DNA of 40,375 nt from positions 1-40,375 of the IMG/VR virus record IMGVR_UViG_3300033076_001546; one strand, 5' to 3'. This document shows positions 28,775-38,193 of the stretch, in pieces. The position numbers and the translations under genes were made by a program. Each line of letters opens with the position of its first letter. The first letter of the stretch is position 1. Below the pieces are notes generated by a model. It searched no databases. It was not told where the DNA came from and saw only the letters and a list, made by a program, of their open reading frames with translations. Origin of the DNA: a virus (lineage: Duplodnaviria > Caudoviricetes).

Positions 28775-29974
28775 TTACTCCAAGACAATAGTGAACAAGT
28801 TAATAAACATATAATCGTCTTCTGTTATGTAATTATTTTCATCAAAAGCAATATCCTGTTTTGAATTATAAAGTCTTCCAACAGAGAAAACTTGTATATT
28901 TTTTTGTTTATTGACACTATACATTTCACCATGGTCAATCATTACTAATTTATTGAATTTATTAATTGTGTCACTACTTATATTTTCAAAAAGCTGAAAC
29001 ATGAAAGGTGCATCTTTTTCAATTTGTTCAAATTCTATTTCAAAGCTTAAAATTTTGCCTGAATTGTTTTTATCAATATTACCTTCTTTTATTTTTGACA
29101 TTGACAAAATTTCTAGATTCAAAATAGAATCATCAATAATTTTTTCAATTGAGGCAGCAGAATCGAGTTGAACAATATTTTTAATATTTTCTATCTGTAT
29201 GCCATTAGGATTTTTAATATTTTTGTAGATAATTTTTGTTTTGTCTCTGCTGTCATTAGACAAATTAAAAACATTTTTAATTTTTTCATTTTTCGAAGCT
29301 ATAGATGAATTCATGTTTGAAGGAGGAAGAAATCTATAAGGTATTTTGTTAATAAACCTGCTGTCTTTTAAAAAATCAATACTAGATAAATCAGGACTAA
29401 TTTCAGAAAAAGTAATATATTTATTTTGAAGTATATTGTTTCTTACGACATTTAATGAAAAATTATTTAAGTTTTTTTCTTTATTCTCGGAATCATTTAT
29501 TTTTGATATTTTTGTCATAATGTCAAAATTTTGATTTGTAATAGCATCAAAAGATATAAAATTATCAGTAAGTAAAAAACAGTGTTTATTAATATTGTCT
29601 ATAGATGCCTTTGACAAATTTTCAAATACTAAGTTTAAATTTTCTAAATTACCTGATACGATATTACCATTTTTTACTAAAGCGTCATCGGTATTAATTT
29701 GAATTCCTTTTTCATAACTCGAATCAATAATTCTTGACATTAAATCTATTTCATGATTTATAATATCATGATCAGTATTATATGTTTCAAACATAAAAGG
29801 CATTACCTTTTCATCTGCTACATCTATAGATTTTTCTTTTATTGAATAAATTGCATCCTTATCTGTAAATGTTGCATATTTAATTCTCAAATCACCATTT
29901 TGAGTTTGTTCATAACCATTTTTAGTTAAAGAAAAATCCATAATCCTTTGTTTTTTATGTAAAATTCCAGACAT
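28775..29974 (-). CDS. Putative baseplate/tail protein (399 aa); N-terminus paralogous to the 258-aa protein
   Basis: MSGILHKKQRIMDFSLTKNGYEQTQNGDLRIKYATFTDKDAIY...PFMFE aligns with MGFLDHTTNNIVIDAVLTERGRELLSQNNGSFQVVYFSFGDDEVDY...PIFE. Confidence 0.7.
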   Translation of the reverse strand: MSGILHKKQRIMDFSLTKNGYEQTQNGDLRIKYATFTDKDAIYSIKEKSIDVADEKVMPFMFETYNTDHDIINHEIDLMSRIIDSSYEKGIQINTDDALVKNGNIVSGNLENLNLVFENLSKASIDNINKHCFLLTDNFISFDAITNQNFDIMTKISKINDSENKEKNLNNFSLNVVRNNILQNKYITFSEISPDLSSIDFLKDSRFINKIPYRFLPPSNMNSSIASKNEKIKNVFNLSNDSRDKTKIIYKNIKNPNGIQIENIKNIVQLDSAASIEKIIDDSILNLEILSMSKIKEGNIDKNNSGKILSFEIEFEQIEKDAPFMFQLFENISSDTINKFNKLVMIDHGEMYSVNKQKNIQVFSVGRLYNSKQDIAFDENNYITEDDYMFINLFTIVLE

Positions 29975-30007
29975 TATTCAAAATTACTTTCTTAATATTT
30001 GAATAAT
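29973..30007. repeat. 14-bp hairpin with one bulge (10-bp + 4-bp arms, 6-nt loop) including the AU of the 399-aa start codon
   Basis: Plus strand reads ATTATTCAAA-ATTA-ctttct-TAAT-a-TTTGAATAAT. Confidence 0.7.
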
Positions 30008-30019
30008 AATTAATTCACT

Positions 30020-33000
30020 CTAAACGTTTTCTGTGAATGCAACATGTTTTGACTTTAAAATATCTTCTAAAGACCATGATAAGTCGCTTCTCCAAACCAT
30101 TTTATTAGTCAGATAAGGGTAAGGTATTTTTTGAAAATCAGGATTTTCAATATCGTTAACATTAAATCTGTTAACTCTGGAATTAACCAATTCATAAGTT
30201 AATGATTTATTAATGTTTACTACATTGTTTAAATCTGTTAGACTCAGACCATTATCTGGATTAATAAATTCCTTTGTGACTACATTAATTTTTTGATTAT
30301 TTTTCCTGTCAAACATTGCAGTGTATTGTCTTTGCTGAATTAAATTTGCAAATTGCCCATATGACTTCGAAGAAAAGTATATTTTAGGTACTCTTAGATT
30401 TCTATTAATGATTGTTTCATTAAAACTATCTTCAAAAGGTTGATAACTATAAGTCTTATAATAGTTTATATTATTAAATACATTTTCAGAGTAATAATTT
30501 AAATTTTCAATTTCTTCTGACGATGTTGTATATTGTAAAAATGCATCATCATAAATAATTTGTCCTGACGTATTTAAATAATTGTCACTATATATTGGAA
30601 GATAAGGATTAAATGTTCTTCCTGATTTAATAATTGATTGATCTGTTGACAAACCTCTTTGAGGATTTGTCATATTTTTAAAAGAAATATTTTTTGTTAC
30701 AATATTGTCAATGTAGTTTCTTATATTCATAAATGAATTATCTGAATATACATTGTCAGTATGGACATTTCCTACAATTACATTTGGAAAATTATTTGAA
30801 TTATAGTATTTTAAAACATCATTTTCATCATACACTTTTACATTATCGTGCAAATAATAACCGTAAAGTGAAATATTTGATTTTCCTGCCGTGGCAATTC
30901 TTAGTATTTGTTTAATTGGCTTTGGATGAATAATAGGAGATATAGAAACACATATTGAAATTTCATCTTCTGGATACAATACATATTGTGAAATATTTTT
31001 ATATTTAAGTCCTGTTATATTTTCAAATAAGTAATCATATTTATTATTTTCTTCTCTTAAGTCATTACTGCCTGGAATTGACACTTTAAAACTATTTTCA
31101 ATAAAAGGGTTATTATTTTCAAAAGCTTTGTTAATTTTTAAAGAGCGTGAACTAGTAAAACTTGATAAAGAATTAGTTCCTACTTTATAAGAAATATTAT
31201 TACCTGCAGGTATTTCAAATTCAAAGTTAATTAAATGACTATTTACAGGATTTTTACAAACGCTAGGGACCCTGCAAGGAGAATTGATATTAATTGAACC
31301 TGAATAATCAAGTATTGTCGTCAAATTGTTATTGTCAAGTATGTTTAAATGATTTTCATACTCTATTAATTTTATATTATCAAAATTTTCTTGTGAAATT
31401 AAAGAAATAAATCTTTTTTGATTATTAGTATTTATGTCATTATTGTTTTGAGAATTTTTAAGAACTTTATATGAAGGTGCAACAAATAAATAATTTCCAA
31501 AATTAACAATTTCTCTTAAATATTGAGAAGGCAAAGAAATCGCAGGAGAATTAGGAATTGATGTTGAAGTATTTCTATATATCGGAATATTTGAATTTAA
31601 ATAAGCTTCATCTTGTTGACTAGTAGTAATTGTATAATTTACTCTTATAGAATCTGTAATATGAGGTTTATAATATCCTTCATGAAGACCCATAGAGTTT
31701 GAATCTGACGTAAGATAAGATTGTAATGTTTGGCTTGAGTTATAGAGAGCCTGATCTTTTTCATTAAGGTTTAAGCTAACAGGTGACCATTCTCTTTTAA
31801 GATCTAAAGAAGATAAAGAAATATCTCCATCGACCTTTTTTTGTTTTACAATAAAGTAATTTAAAACTGCATTTATAGGCTCTTCATAATAAGAATTTTC
31901 TTCTTCGTTTTTAAATTCACAAATCAATTCAACGTTTGTTGAAAAAGAAGTTCTACTTAAAACGAAAGGAGATTTAATGTAATTTTTTAAAGATATTAAG
32001 TTTTCTGAATATGCATGAAATTTTGGGTGAGAAGGAAAACCAAATTGGGAAGTAGGTAGACTTAAAAAAGGAAAAGATGTATTTGAAAAACTATCATCAC
32101 CTAGATTTTTTTTAATAATAATTGAAGGTGTATTTGTAAGGCAGCATCTTTCCATAAAATAGTTTTTAAAATAAGCAAGAAATCCTGAATTTGATGTCCC
32201 TACAGTAATTTTAGAATCTTGTCTTATGATTTTAGGGATTTTTACATTATTACCTGATCCTGAAATTGCAAATTGAGGATTAATTCCAATATCAAAAAAT
32301 CGAGCAGTCGACATATGATATTTAGGGTATAAAACTCCTCTATACTCCCAGTTTTTATTTAAATTATTCCATATTAAAAAAGGAGAGTTGTATTTATAAT
32401 ATTTTCTGTCTGAAAGTCTACCCGAATTTCTTTTTAAAGATATTCCTGAAGGTATATTGTTACCTGCATTTTGGATATTAGTAAATTCAAAACAGTCTTC
32501 AGGATCACTACTTATATCTTCATTAGGGATATCTGTAAATATTGAATTTTGAAACATTAAAGCATAACCTTTACCTGATGAATTTAAGTCAATATCAATT
32601 ACTTTTTCTTTTTTTTGTTGACTTTCTAAATTTGAATAGTTGCCTTTTGCTTCAATTAAATCTTTTCTATCGTTTTTGTATTTTTCATTAATTTTAATAT
32701 ATTCTTCAAAAAAGTAAGGATTGTCTACATTTGACATTAATCCAAATTGACCTTTTGATGAAAACATATCTTCTTTTTCCAAAGAAGAAAAGATGTCTTT
32801 TGAGTCATTATATTTTTTTTCTGTAAAATTTTTATTTTTATTCTTTTCTCTAACAAATTCTGGAAATTTTAAAAGCTCATTAATATTATTTTTTTCATTA
32901 TAATTTGTATTATAATTTAAGATTAGTTCATTAGGCAATGTTGAAGGTTTTGCAATATTGTTAGTAATATATTTTTCTACAAAATAATCGTTTTCCGCAT

Positions 33001-33295
33001 ACGAGCCTGTTCGACCTTGTCCTATAGGTATTTTTAAAAAATGCCTAGTTCTACTAAACTGATTGTTTTCTTTTTTTGTTTTGTCAAAAATTAAAGAATC
33101 TTTTTCATTAAAGAAAAAACTAGTAGATGCAATCGAAGGGTCTTCTATAAAACTTTCATATCTAGGAATTGCATCAAATACTTTGTTGATTTTTTCAATA
33201 TTTATAAAACTTTTACCGCTTTTTCCTAAATTTTGATATTTTGAGACTTCTACTTGTTGATTATTTATTGTTTTTGTTTTAACTCTATTTTCCAT
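30020..33295 (-). CDS. Large hypothetical virion structural protein (1091 aa)
   Basis: Long ORF in the baseplate cluster, 2 nt after the upstream stop. Conserved-looking islands PTSQFGFPSHPKFHA, YVLYPEDEI and YGQFANLIQQRQYT within Asn-rich sequence. Confidence 0.8.
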   Translation of the reverse strand: MENRVKTKTINNQQVEVSKYQNLGKSGKSFINIEKINKVFDAIPRYESFIEDPSIASTSFFFNEKDSLIFDKTKKENNQFSRTRHFLKIPIGQGRTGSYAENDYFVEKYITNNIAKPSTLPNELILNYNTNYNEKNNINELLKFPEFVREKNKNKNFTEKKYNDSKDIFSSLEKEDMFSSKGQFGLMSNVDNPYFFEEYIKINEKYKNDRKDLIEAKGNYSNLESQQKKEKVIDIDLNSSGKGYALMFQNSIFTDIPNEDISSDPEDCFEFTNIQNAGNNIPSGISLKRNSGRLSDRKYYKYNSPFLIWNNLNKNWEYRGVLYPKYHMSTARFFDIGINPQFAISGSGNNVKIPKIIRQDSKITVGTSNSGFLAYFKNYFMERCCLTNTPSIIIKKNLGDDSFSNTSFPFLSLPTSQFGFPSHPKFHAYSENLISLKNYIKSPFVLSRTSFSTNVELICEFKNEEENSYYEEPINAVLNYFIVKQKKVDGDISLSSLDLKREWSPVSLNLNEKDQALYNSSQTLQSYLTSDSNSMGLHEGYYKPHITDSIRVNYTITTSQQDEAYLNSNIPIYRNTSTSIPNSPAISLPSQYLREIVNFGNYLFVAPSYKVLKNSQNNNDINTNNQKRFISLISQENFDNIKLIEYENHLNILDNNNLTTILDYSGSININSPCRVPSVCKNPVNSHLINFEFEIPAGNNISYKVGTNSLSSFTSSRSLKINKAFENNNPFIENSFKVSIPGSNDLREENNKYDYLFENITGLKYKNISQYVLYPEDEISICVSISPIIHPKPIKQILRIATAGKSNISLYGYYLHDNVKVYDENDVLKYYNSNNFPNVIVGNVHTDNVYSDNSFMNIRNYIDNIVTKNISFKNMTNPQRGLSTDQSIIKSGRTFNPYLPIYSDNYLNTSGQIIYDDAFLQYTTSSEEIENLNYYSENVFNNINYYKTYSYQPFEDSFNETIINRNLRVPKIYFSSKSYGQFANLIQQRQYTAMFDRKNNQKINVVTKEFINPDNGLSLTDLNNVVNINKSLTYELVNSRVNRFNVNDIENPDFQKIPYPYLTNKMVWRSDLSWSLEDILKSKHVAFTENV

Positions 33296-33297
33296 TT

Positions 33298-34407
33298 TTA
33301 CTCTATTCCTTTAAACGCAATTGAATTTTTACCTATACCGTCATTATAAGAATAATCAAATCCACACATATTGAATTTGTCATCTTTTTCATATTTTATT
33401 GTCAAATTGTTTCTATTAAAATTTTGATAAAAACTTGTGCTTTTAAAGCAAGAATAAAAAAACATGTCAGGGTCATTAATGTAATTTTGATTAAAAAAAT
33501 CTAATTCTCTTTGCTCTTCGTTTTTGTCGACAAAAGGATTTACTCTGTTTTTTGTGTAATCACTTAAAACAATATGTGAAAAAGGAGAAATATATACTTT
33601 AGCGGATGATTTTTTTACAAAAATTGTATTATTGTTGATATTGTCAAAAAATTGAAGTGATTCATTTTTATAATTTAAATTATATTTTTCAGAGAAGTAT
33701 ATATTTTCTTGTCTAGAATTATAAGAAGTGTTAAGATCACAATGAAATTTATTAAAAGCTTTTTCTTGTTTTTCTTTAAATTGAATAACATTAATAATAG
33801 AAAATGGTTCTAAAAATCTTCCTTCATTTAAATCCAAAGAATTATTATAATTTCTAGGATAAATCAATGAATAGATATAATTTTGTCTCTCAATGGAATT
33901 TTCAGGAAGAAAAATACTTTCAAGTTCATTATTCAAAATCTTAATAACATCAGGAATATTTTTATTTTCATCGAAAGGCAAAAAAGAAGATTTTAAAGAA
34001 GAGTCTATCAATAAATTTTGTGTTTTATTCTCTATTGTAGTTGTTTTTTCCAAATTACTTGAAAGATTTTGTATAATATCTTTTTCTTTTTTGTCTTCAA
34101 AATAAGAAATATTTGGCTTTTCTTCTTCTTTTGATACATCTGCGTCTTGTCTTTGAGAACCTAAATTAACTGTTATTGCTGAATTATTATTTCTTCTTAG
34201 AATAGTTGTTCTAGATTTAAATCTAGCAGAAGGAGAAGAAAAACTATTTAATCTAGGAAGACAATTAATTGTAATTCCTGTTTCATTATTTTTTGTTTCT
34301 ATTTTTGTCGTATTTGTTAATAAAGGAATATACTCAATGCTATAATCGCATATATTTTCAATATAAGGGATATTTTTAGATGAATCGATTTGAATATTTT
34401 TTGACAT
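33298..34407 (-). CDS. Hypothetical protein (369 aa) in the baseplate cluster
   Basis: Long collinear ORF with recurring short [P/Y]F[D/E/V][E/D] motifs and C-terminal CGFDY...NSIAFKG. No recognised domain. Confidence 0.75.
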   Translation of the reverse strand: MSKNIQIDSSKNIPYIENICDYSIEYIPLLTNTTKIETKNNETGITINCLPRLNSFSSPSARFKSRTTILRRNNNSAITVNLGSQRQDADVSKEEEKPNISYFEDKKEKDIIQNLSSNLEKTTTIENKTQNLLIDSSLKSSFLPFDENKNIPDVIKILNNELESIFLPENSIERQNYIYSLIYPRNYNNSLDLNEGRFLEPFSIINVIQFKEKQEKAFNKFHCDLNTSYNSRQENIYFSEKYNLNYKNESLQFFDNINNNTIFVKKSSAKVYISPFSHIVLSDYTKNRVNPFVDKNEEQRELDFFNQNYINDPDMFFYSCFKSTSFYQNFNRNNLTIKYEKDDKFNMCGFDYSYNDGIGKNSIAFKGIE

Positions 34408-34443
34408 TTTAGCTTTTCATTATTTAAATAATAAATAATAAAA

Positions 34444-37400
34444 TTAATCATATTCTCTTAAAATTCTTCCTTGTTTATTTAGATAATTTAAATTTCTTTT
34501 ACTATTGTAAGGGCTGATTGCTTCAATATTACCTATAATAGGAGAATTACATTCATGTTGCTTGTAATAAAATTTATGTCTTTCTAATGAATGAGATTCA
34601 ATAGTATATACATTATTATAAAATTTTACTCTACTAGGAACAAATTGGCTAAGAAGATCGGTTAAAATATTATCAAATATTTGATAAATTTCATACAAAG
34701 GAGTGATATTTGGATTTTCTATAGTCATTCTTTCAAAATAAGTTCTTTGCAATTTTTCAAAATCTGGATAAAAGTTATCATTAATGTTTGAGTTATTAGA
34801 AAGAATATTTGAAAAATAATCCATACCTGAAAACAATAACGATATATCCTCATTTAAATGTTTGACATTCGACATTTCAATTGAAAAACGAGAATCAGAT
34901 CTTTTTTTGTTAATAAAACCTTTTGAATTATGAATTGGTGCGATTTCTTTGCTTTCAATTTCAGCTGTTTTTATATCAAGATAACCTGCGACATCTACCT
35001 TGTTTGACATATTAATTTCATCAAATTTCGAATCAAATCTTTTTAGGTATATATTTTTTGTTAAAACATTATTAGCAATACTGGATGTATCATTATTATA
35101 TTTTATAAAATCAAAACTAATATTTGATTTATAATTTTCAAAGTTTTCATCAATATTTGTATTTTGGCTAAAATCAATTATCTTGACAGTGGAAAATTTT
35201 AAATTGTTTAAAAAAGAGTAAGAAAAGTCAATTGAATTTTTAAAATCTTGTTGAGCATTTAAATCCAGAATTAGAAAATCTTTTATTTTTTTATTTTGCT
35301 TTTTTGAAAAAATTAATTCTTCGCATGACAAAGAGTAAGGATTTCTAATGTGTTCAATGACATCATTTTTTTGTAATTCTTTACTTAATTTCCATTGTTT
35401 TATAAAAGAAATATTACCATTAAAATTTATGAATTTCTTAAAAAGATACTCTGAATCGATAAGTAAGTCAGAAAATTTCGAAATATAAGGATTTTGATCT
35501 AAATTTTGCAATTCATTATGATAAAATGAACTACCTAATCTTTTATTGTTGATTAATCTAGAAGATCTTGAACCAAACATCATTTTCAAAGGTCTATTTA
35601 TTGAATTAAAAAATATTAAATCATCTTCTATTGGTATATCTAGTTCTAATAAATAACTTTCATTTTGACTAAAGACATTACCTGCCCTATTTACATTTAA
35701 TTTAATTTTATTTTTGGAATTTCCTTTTAAAAATTGTAAAGAAAAATGCCAATTTGAATTGTCCAATAGATCTATGTCTTTTATGCAAGGATAATTTTGA
35801 TAATCAGAAGGATTTAAAAGATTTAACGAATTATAATCTTTTAAAAATATATAAATGTTTCCTTTTGTTGAATATACTGAACTTTTTATAAAAATTAACT
35901 CTATTTGAGTTGGAAAATTACCTGCAGGATCTATTTCTTCAAATTTTAAAATCGATTCAATTAATATATTTTGATTTTTTGAAGCTGAAACATCATAATT
36001 TAATAAAAATTCCATCGCCAGACAATTTATGTTTTCTTCGTAAAAATCAAAATATTGATTAAAAACAAAAAGACAGTTCGAATTAATTTTATATTCATGA
36101 TATTGAAAAGACGGATAATCGACAATTTCAGAATAGACTTCACTGTCTTCTGGTAAAATGTTTTTAAATTGTAAATACTGAATGTTTTTTACGATATTTT
36201 CTGTATTATTATCAATAAAATTATAAGATTGAGTTCCAAACTCTCTAAATCTATAATATTCATCTGGGGGTATACCTACAGAATTAAAAATTGATCTTAA
36301 TGAATGAATTGTTCCTTTAGATGATATCATGTCATTCGAATTAATTAATATTCTTTTCCAGATTTCATTTTGTATGTATCTTAAAGTATATTGACTTTTG
36401 TCTTCTCCGTCAGCTCCTAATATATACCCATCTAATATTTTATTCGTCGGGCTATTTAATATTTCTTTAAAATCAAATCCTCTTAACTTTGCCATTAAAG
36501 GAATAAAAAAATTGACATTTGAAGATTTAGATATGTCATTATAATCTAAATCTATCATTTCAGGAAGAATTTGAAGATATAATTTCAATTGATCAAAAAA
36601 ACGTGACCATATTAATAATAAATTTATAAAAGTTTGAGCAGCTTCAGTTTTTTGTTGTCCAGGAAAATTATTTTGGCTGTTTGCATCATAATAAGATTGA
36701 CCTGTTTGATTTCTGTATATTTCATCTGATTTATCTAGATCAGATCCTTGTAGTAAATAATGCTTAGGAATTAATTTAAAGACTAAATTAGGATTATAAA
36801 GATCATAGTTCTTTGCTTCTTGAATGTATTGATTATTTAAGTCAATATGATTTTGAAAAGTAGGCAACAAAACAGGATTTAAATCGGACTCTTCAAACCT
36901 TAATGAAGAATTTCCAATTGTTTTTAGCCTATAAGAAGAAATTATTTCTCTTATTTGTTGTTGTGTTTTACCTACCAAGATATCTGAATTTAAATTTATC
37001 CATGAGTGTAATGAATTTCCAGAATGATCAAATACCAAAGAATTATTGATATGAGATCCTGCGGGTTCATTAAATCTAAAATATAATTTAAGACTTTCAG
37101 TTGCATAAACATTTTTTTCTTTATTTTTTATAGAAAAATTTCTGTCTAATGAACTATGATAAAATCTAAATTCATCTATATACCCTTTGAAATTATTTTT
37201 GCTAGTTAAAGAAAAATAACCAGTTCCTACATGAGAATATAGACCTTTTCCAATTAAAAAATTAAATGAATCTCCTATGTTTACAGAGACATTCGAATCA
37301 AAATTTTCAAAAATATAATTTTTTAAATTCTCTATTGTAAAATTTTTAATATTAGTGATTCTTTCAAACAGTAGATTTTCTTCATTTAAAATAACATTAA

Positions 37401-38193
37401 TGCTTTTTTTTGAATTTGAAATATTTTCAACTGATATTATTAGATGTTGCCATTCTTCTATCGGGACAAAAAATTTACAATAAGAATAGTTTTTAATTAG
37501 ACCCTCAGCAGTTAATAAGAAAACAATATTTGCGAACTTTTTATTATTTGCAACAAATATATTCTTCAGGGAAAGAGTAAAACCGTTATATTTTCCTGAA
37601 GAATTGTCAAGATATTGATAAATTACTTGATTTTCAATATTTGAATCGATTACTGAAAACCTAAAATCAATTGCGAAATTGCTATTTTTAGGATTTAAAA
37701 TCTTTGTAGAGATTTTATTTGTAATTTCTTCATTTCTAGACATTGAAAAAACATATCCTGATTCATTTTGCACACTTACATATGAATTATCGAATTTTAA
37801 ATAACCAATATTTTTATCGAATTTATTGTATATTGATTTAGTAAAACCATCAATATTTGAAAAAAATTCATCAATTTCTTCTTTTTTCCCATCAATAGGG
37901 AATTTATCATATATTGTATTAAAGGCGTATTCGGTCTTTGATATAGCTGAGTCGAAAAAACAATGATTTTCAAAGTTATCAAAATTAATTGCACCTATTA
38001 GTTGCTGCGTATTAAATAATCCTTTATACGTATCAAATCTATCATAAAATTTAAAACTATATTCATTTGGATCTTTTTTTTCTATATTATCATATGATAA
38101 ATTAGTATTGTTCTTGTTTGTTCGATTATTTTTGTCTTTTAAATATACAGACTTATCAAAATAAAAGTTGTTACTATTGAAACTATTAACCAT
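34444..38193 (-). CDS. Baseplate wedge-like protein (gp7/P2 gpI-like KGT motif) with inserted LamG domains (1249 aa)
   Basis: First LamG unit: EWQHLIISV, FKGYIDEFRFYH, LKLYFRFNE, DHSGN. Second unit: NWHFSLQF...FNGNISFIKQW. Also EIWKRILIN...SKGTIHSLRSIFNSVGI and C-terminal FVPSRV. Lies two genes after the gp6-like wedge. The gp7/gpI assignment is inferred. Confidence 0.6.
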   Translation of the reverse strand: MVNSFNSNNFYFDKSVYLKDKNNRTNKNNTNLSYDNIEKKDPNEYSFKFYDRFDTYKGLFNTQQLIGAINFDNFENHCFFDSAISKTEYAFNTIYDKFPIDGKKEEIDEFFSNIDGFTKSIYNKFDKNIGYLKFDNSYVSVQNESGYVFSMSRNEEITNKISTKILNPKNSNFAIDFRFSVIDSNIENQVIYQYLDNSSGKYNGFTLSLKNIFVANNKKFANIVFLLTAEGLIKNYSYCKFFVPIEEWQHLIISVENISNSKKSINVILNEENLLFERITNIKNFTIENLKNYIFENFDSNVSVNIGDSFNFLIGKGLYSHVGTGYFSLTSKNNFKGYIDEFRFYHSSLDRNFSIKNKEKNVYATESLKLYFRFNEPAGSHINNSLVFDHSGNSLHSWINLNSDILVGKTQQQIREIISSYRLKTIGNSSLRFEESDLNPVLLPTFQNHIDLNNQYIQEAKNYDLYNPNLVFKLIPKHYLLQGSDLDKSDEIYRNQTGQSYYDANSQNNFPGQQKTEAAQTFINLLLIWSRFFDQLKLYLQILPEMIDLDYNDISKSSNVNFFIPLMAKLRGFDFKEILNSPTNKILDGYILGADGEDKSQYTLRYIQNEIWKRILINSNDMISSKGTIHSLRSIFNSVGIPPDEYYRFREFGTQSYNFIDNNTENIVKNIQYLQFKNILPEDSEVYSEIVDYPSFQYHEYKINSNCLFVFNQYFDFYEENINCLAMEFLLNYDVSASKNQNILIESILKFEEIDPAGNFPTQIELIFIKSSVYSTKGNIYIFLKDYNSLNLLNPSDYQNYPCIKDIDLLDNSNWHFSLQFLKGNSKNKIKLNVNRAGNVFSQNESYLLELDIPIEDDLIFFNSINRPLKMMFGSRSSRLINNKRLGSSFYHNELQNLDQNPYISKFSDLLIDSEYLFKKFINFNGNISFIKQWKLSKELQKNDVIEHIRNPYSLSCEELIFSKKQNKKIKDFLILDLNAQQDFKNSIDFSYSFLNNLKFSTVKIIDFSQNTNIDENFENYKSNISFDFIKYNNDTSSIANNVLTKNIYLKRFDSKFDEINMSNKVDVAGYLDIKTAEIESKEIAPIHNSKGFINKKRSDSRFSIEMSNVKHLNEDISLLFSGMDYFSNILSNNSNINDNFYPDFEKLQRTYFERMTIENPNITPLYEIYQIFDNILTDLLSQFVPSRVKFYNNVYTIESHSLERHKFYYKQHECNSPIIGNIEAISPYNSKRNLNYLNKQGRILREYD

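Noticed and set aside
19320-33080. Poly-A/T runs of 8-9 nt as phase-variation or frameshift sites
   Set aside because: Expected at this base composition (Lys/Phe/Asn codons); reading frames are intact and no alternative-frame extension was evident.
1420-34105. Short plus-strand ORFs (e.g. 1420-1713, 4059-4376, 9133-9540, 11380-11712, 17508-17780, 26474-26707)
   Set aside because: All lie antisense within long minus-strand genes and have the Phe/Leu/Ser-rich composition of shadow ORFs, with no motifs.
219-37994. Short alternate-frame minus-strand ORFs (219-515, 4716-4901, 5406-5627, 6429-6659, 37797-37994)
   Set aside because: Fully nested in longer genes, several of them well conserved; no independent evidence of expression.
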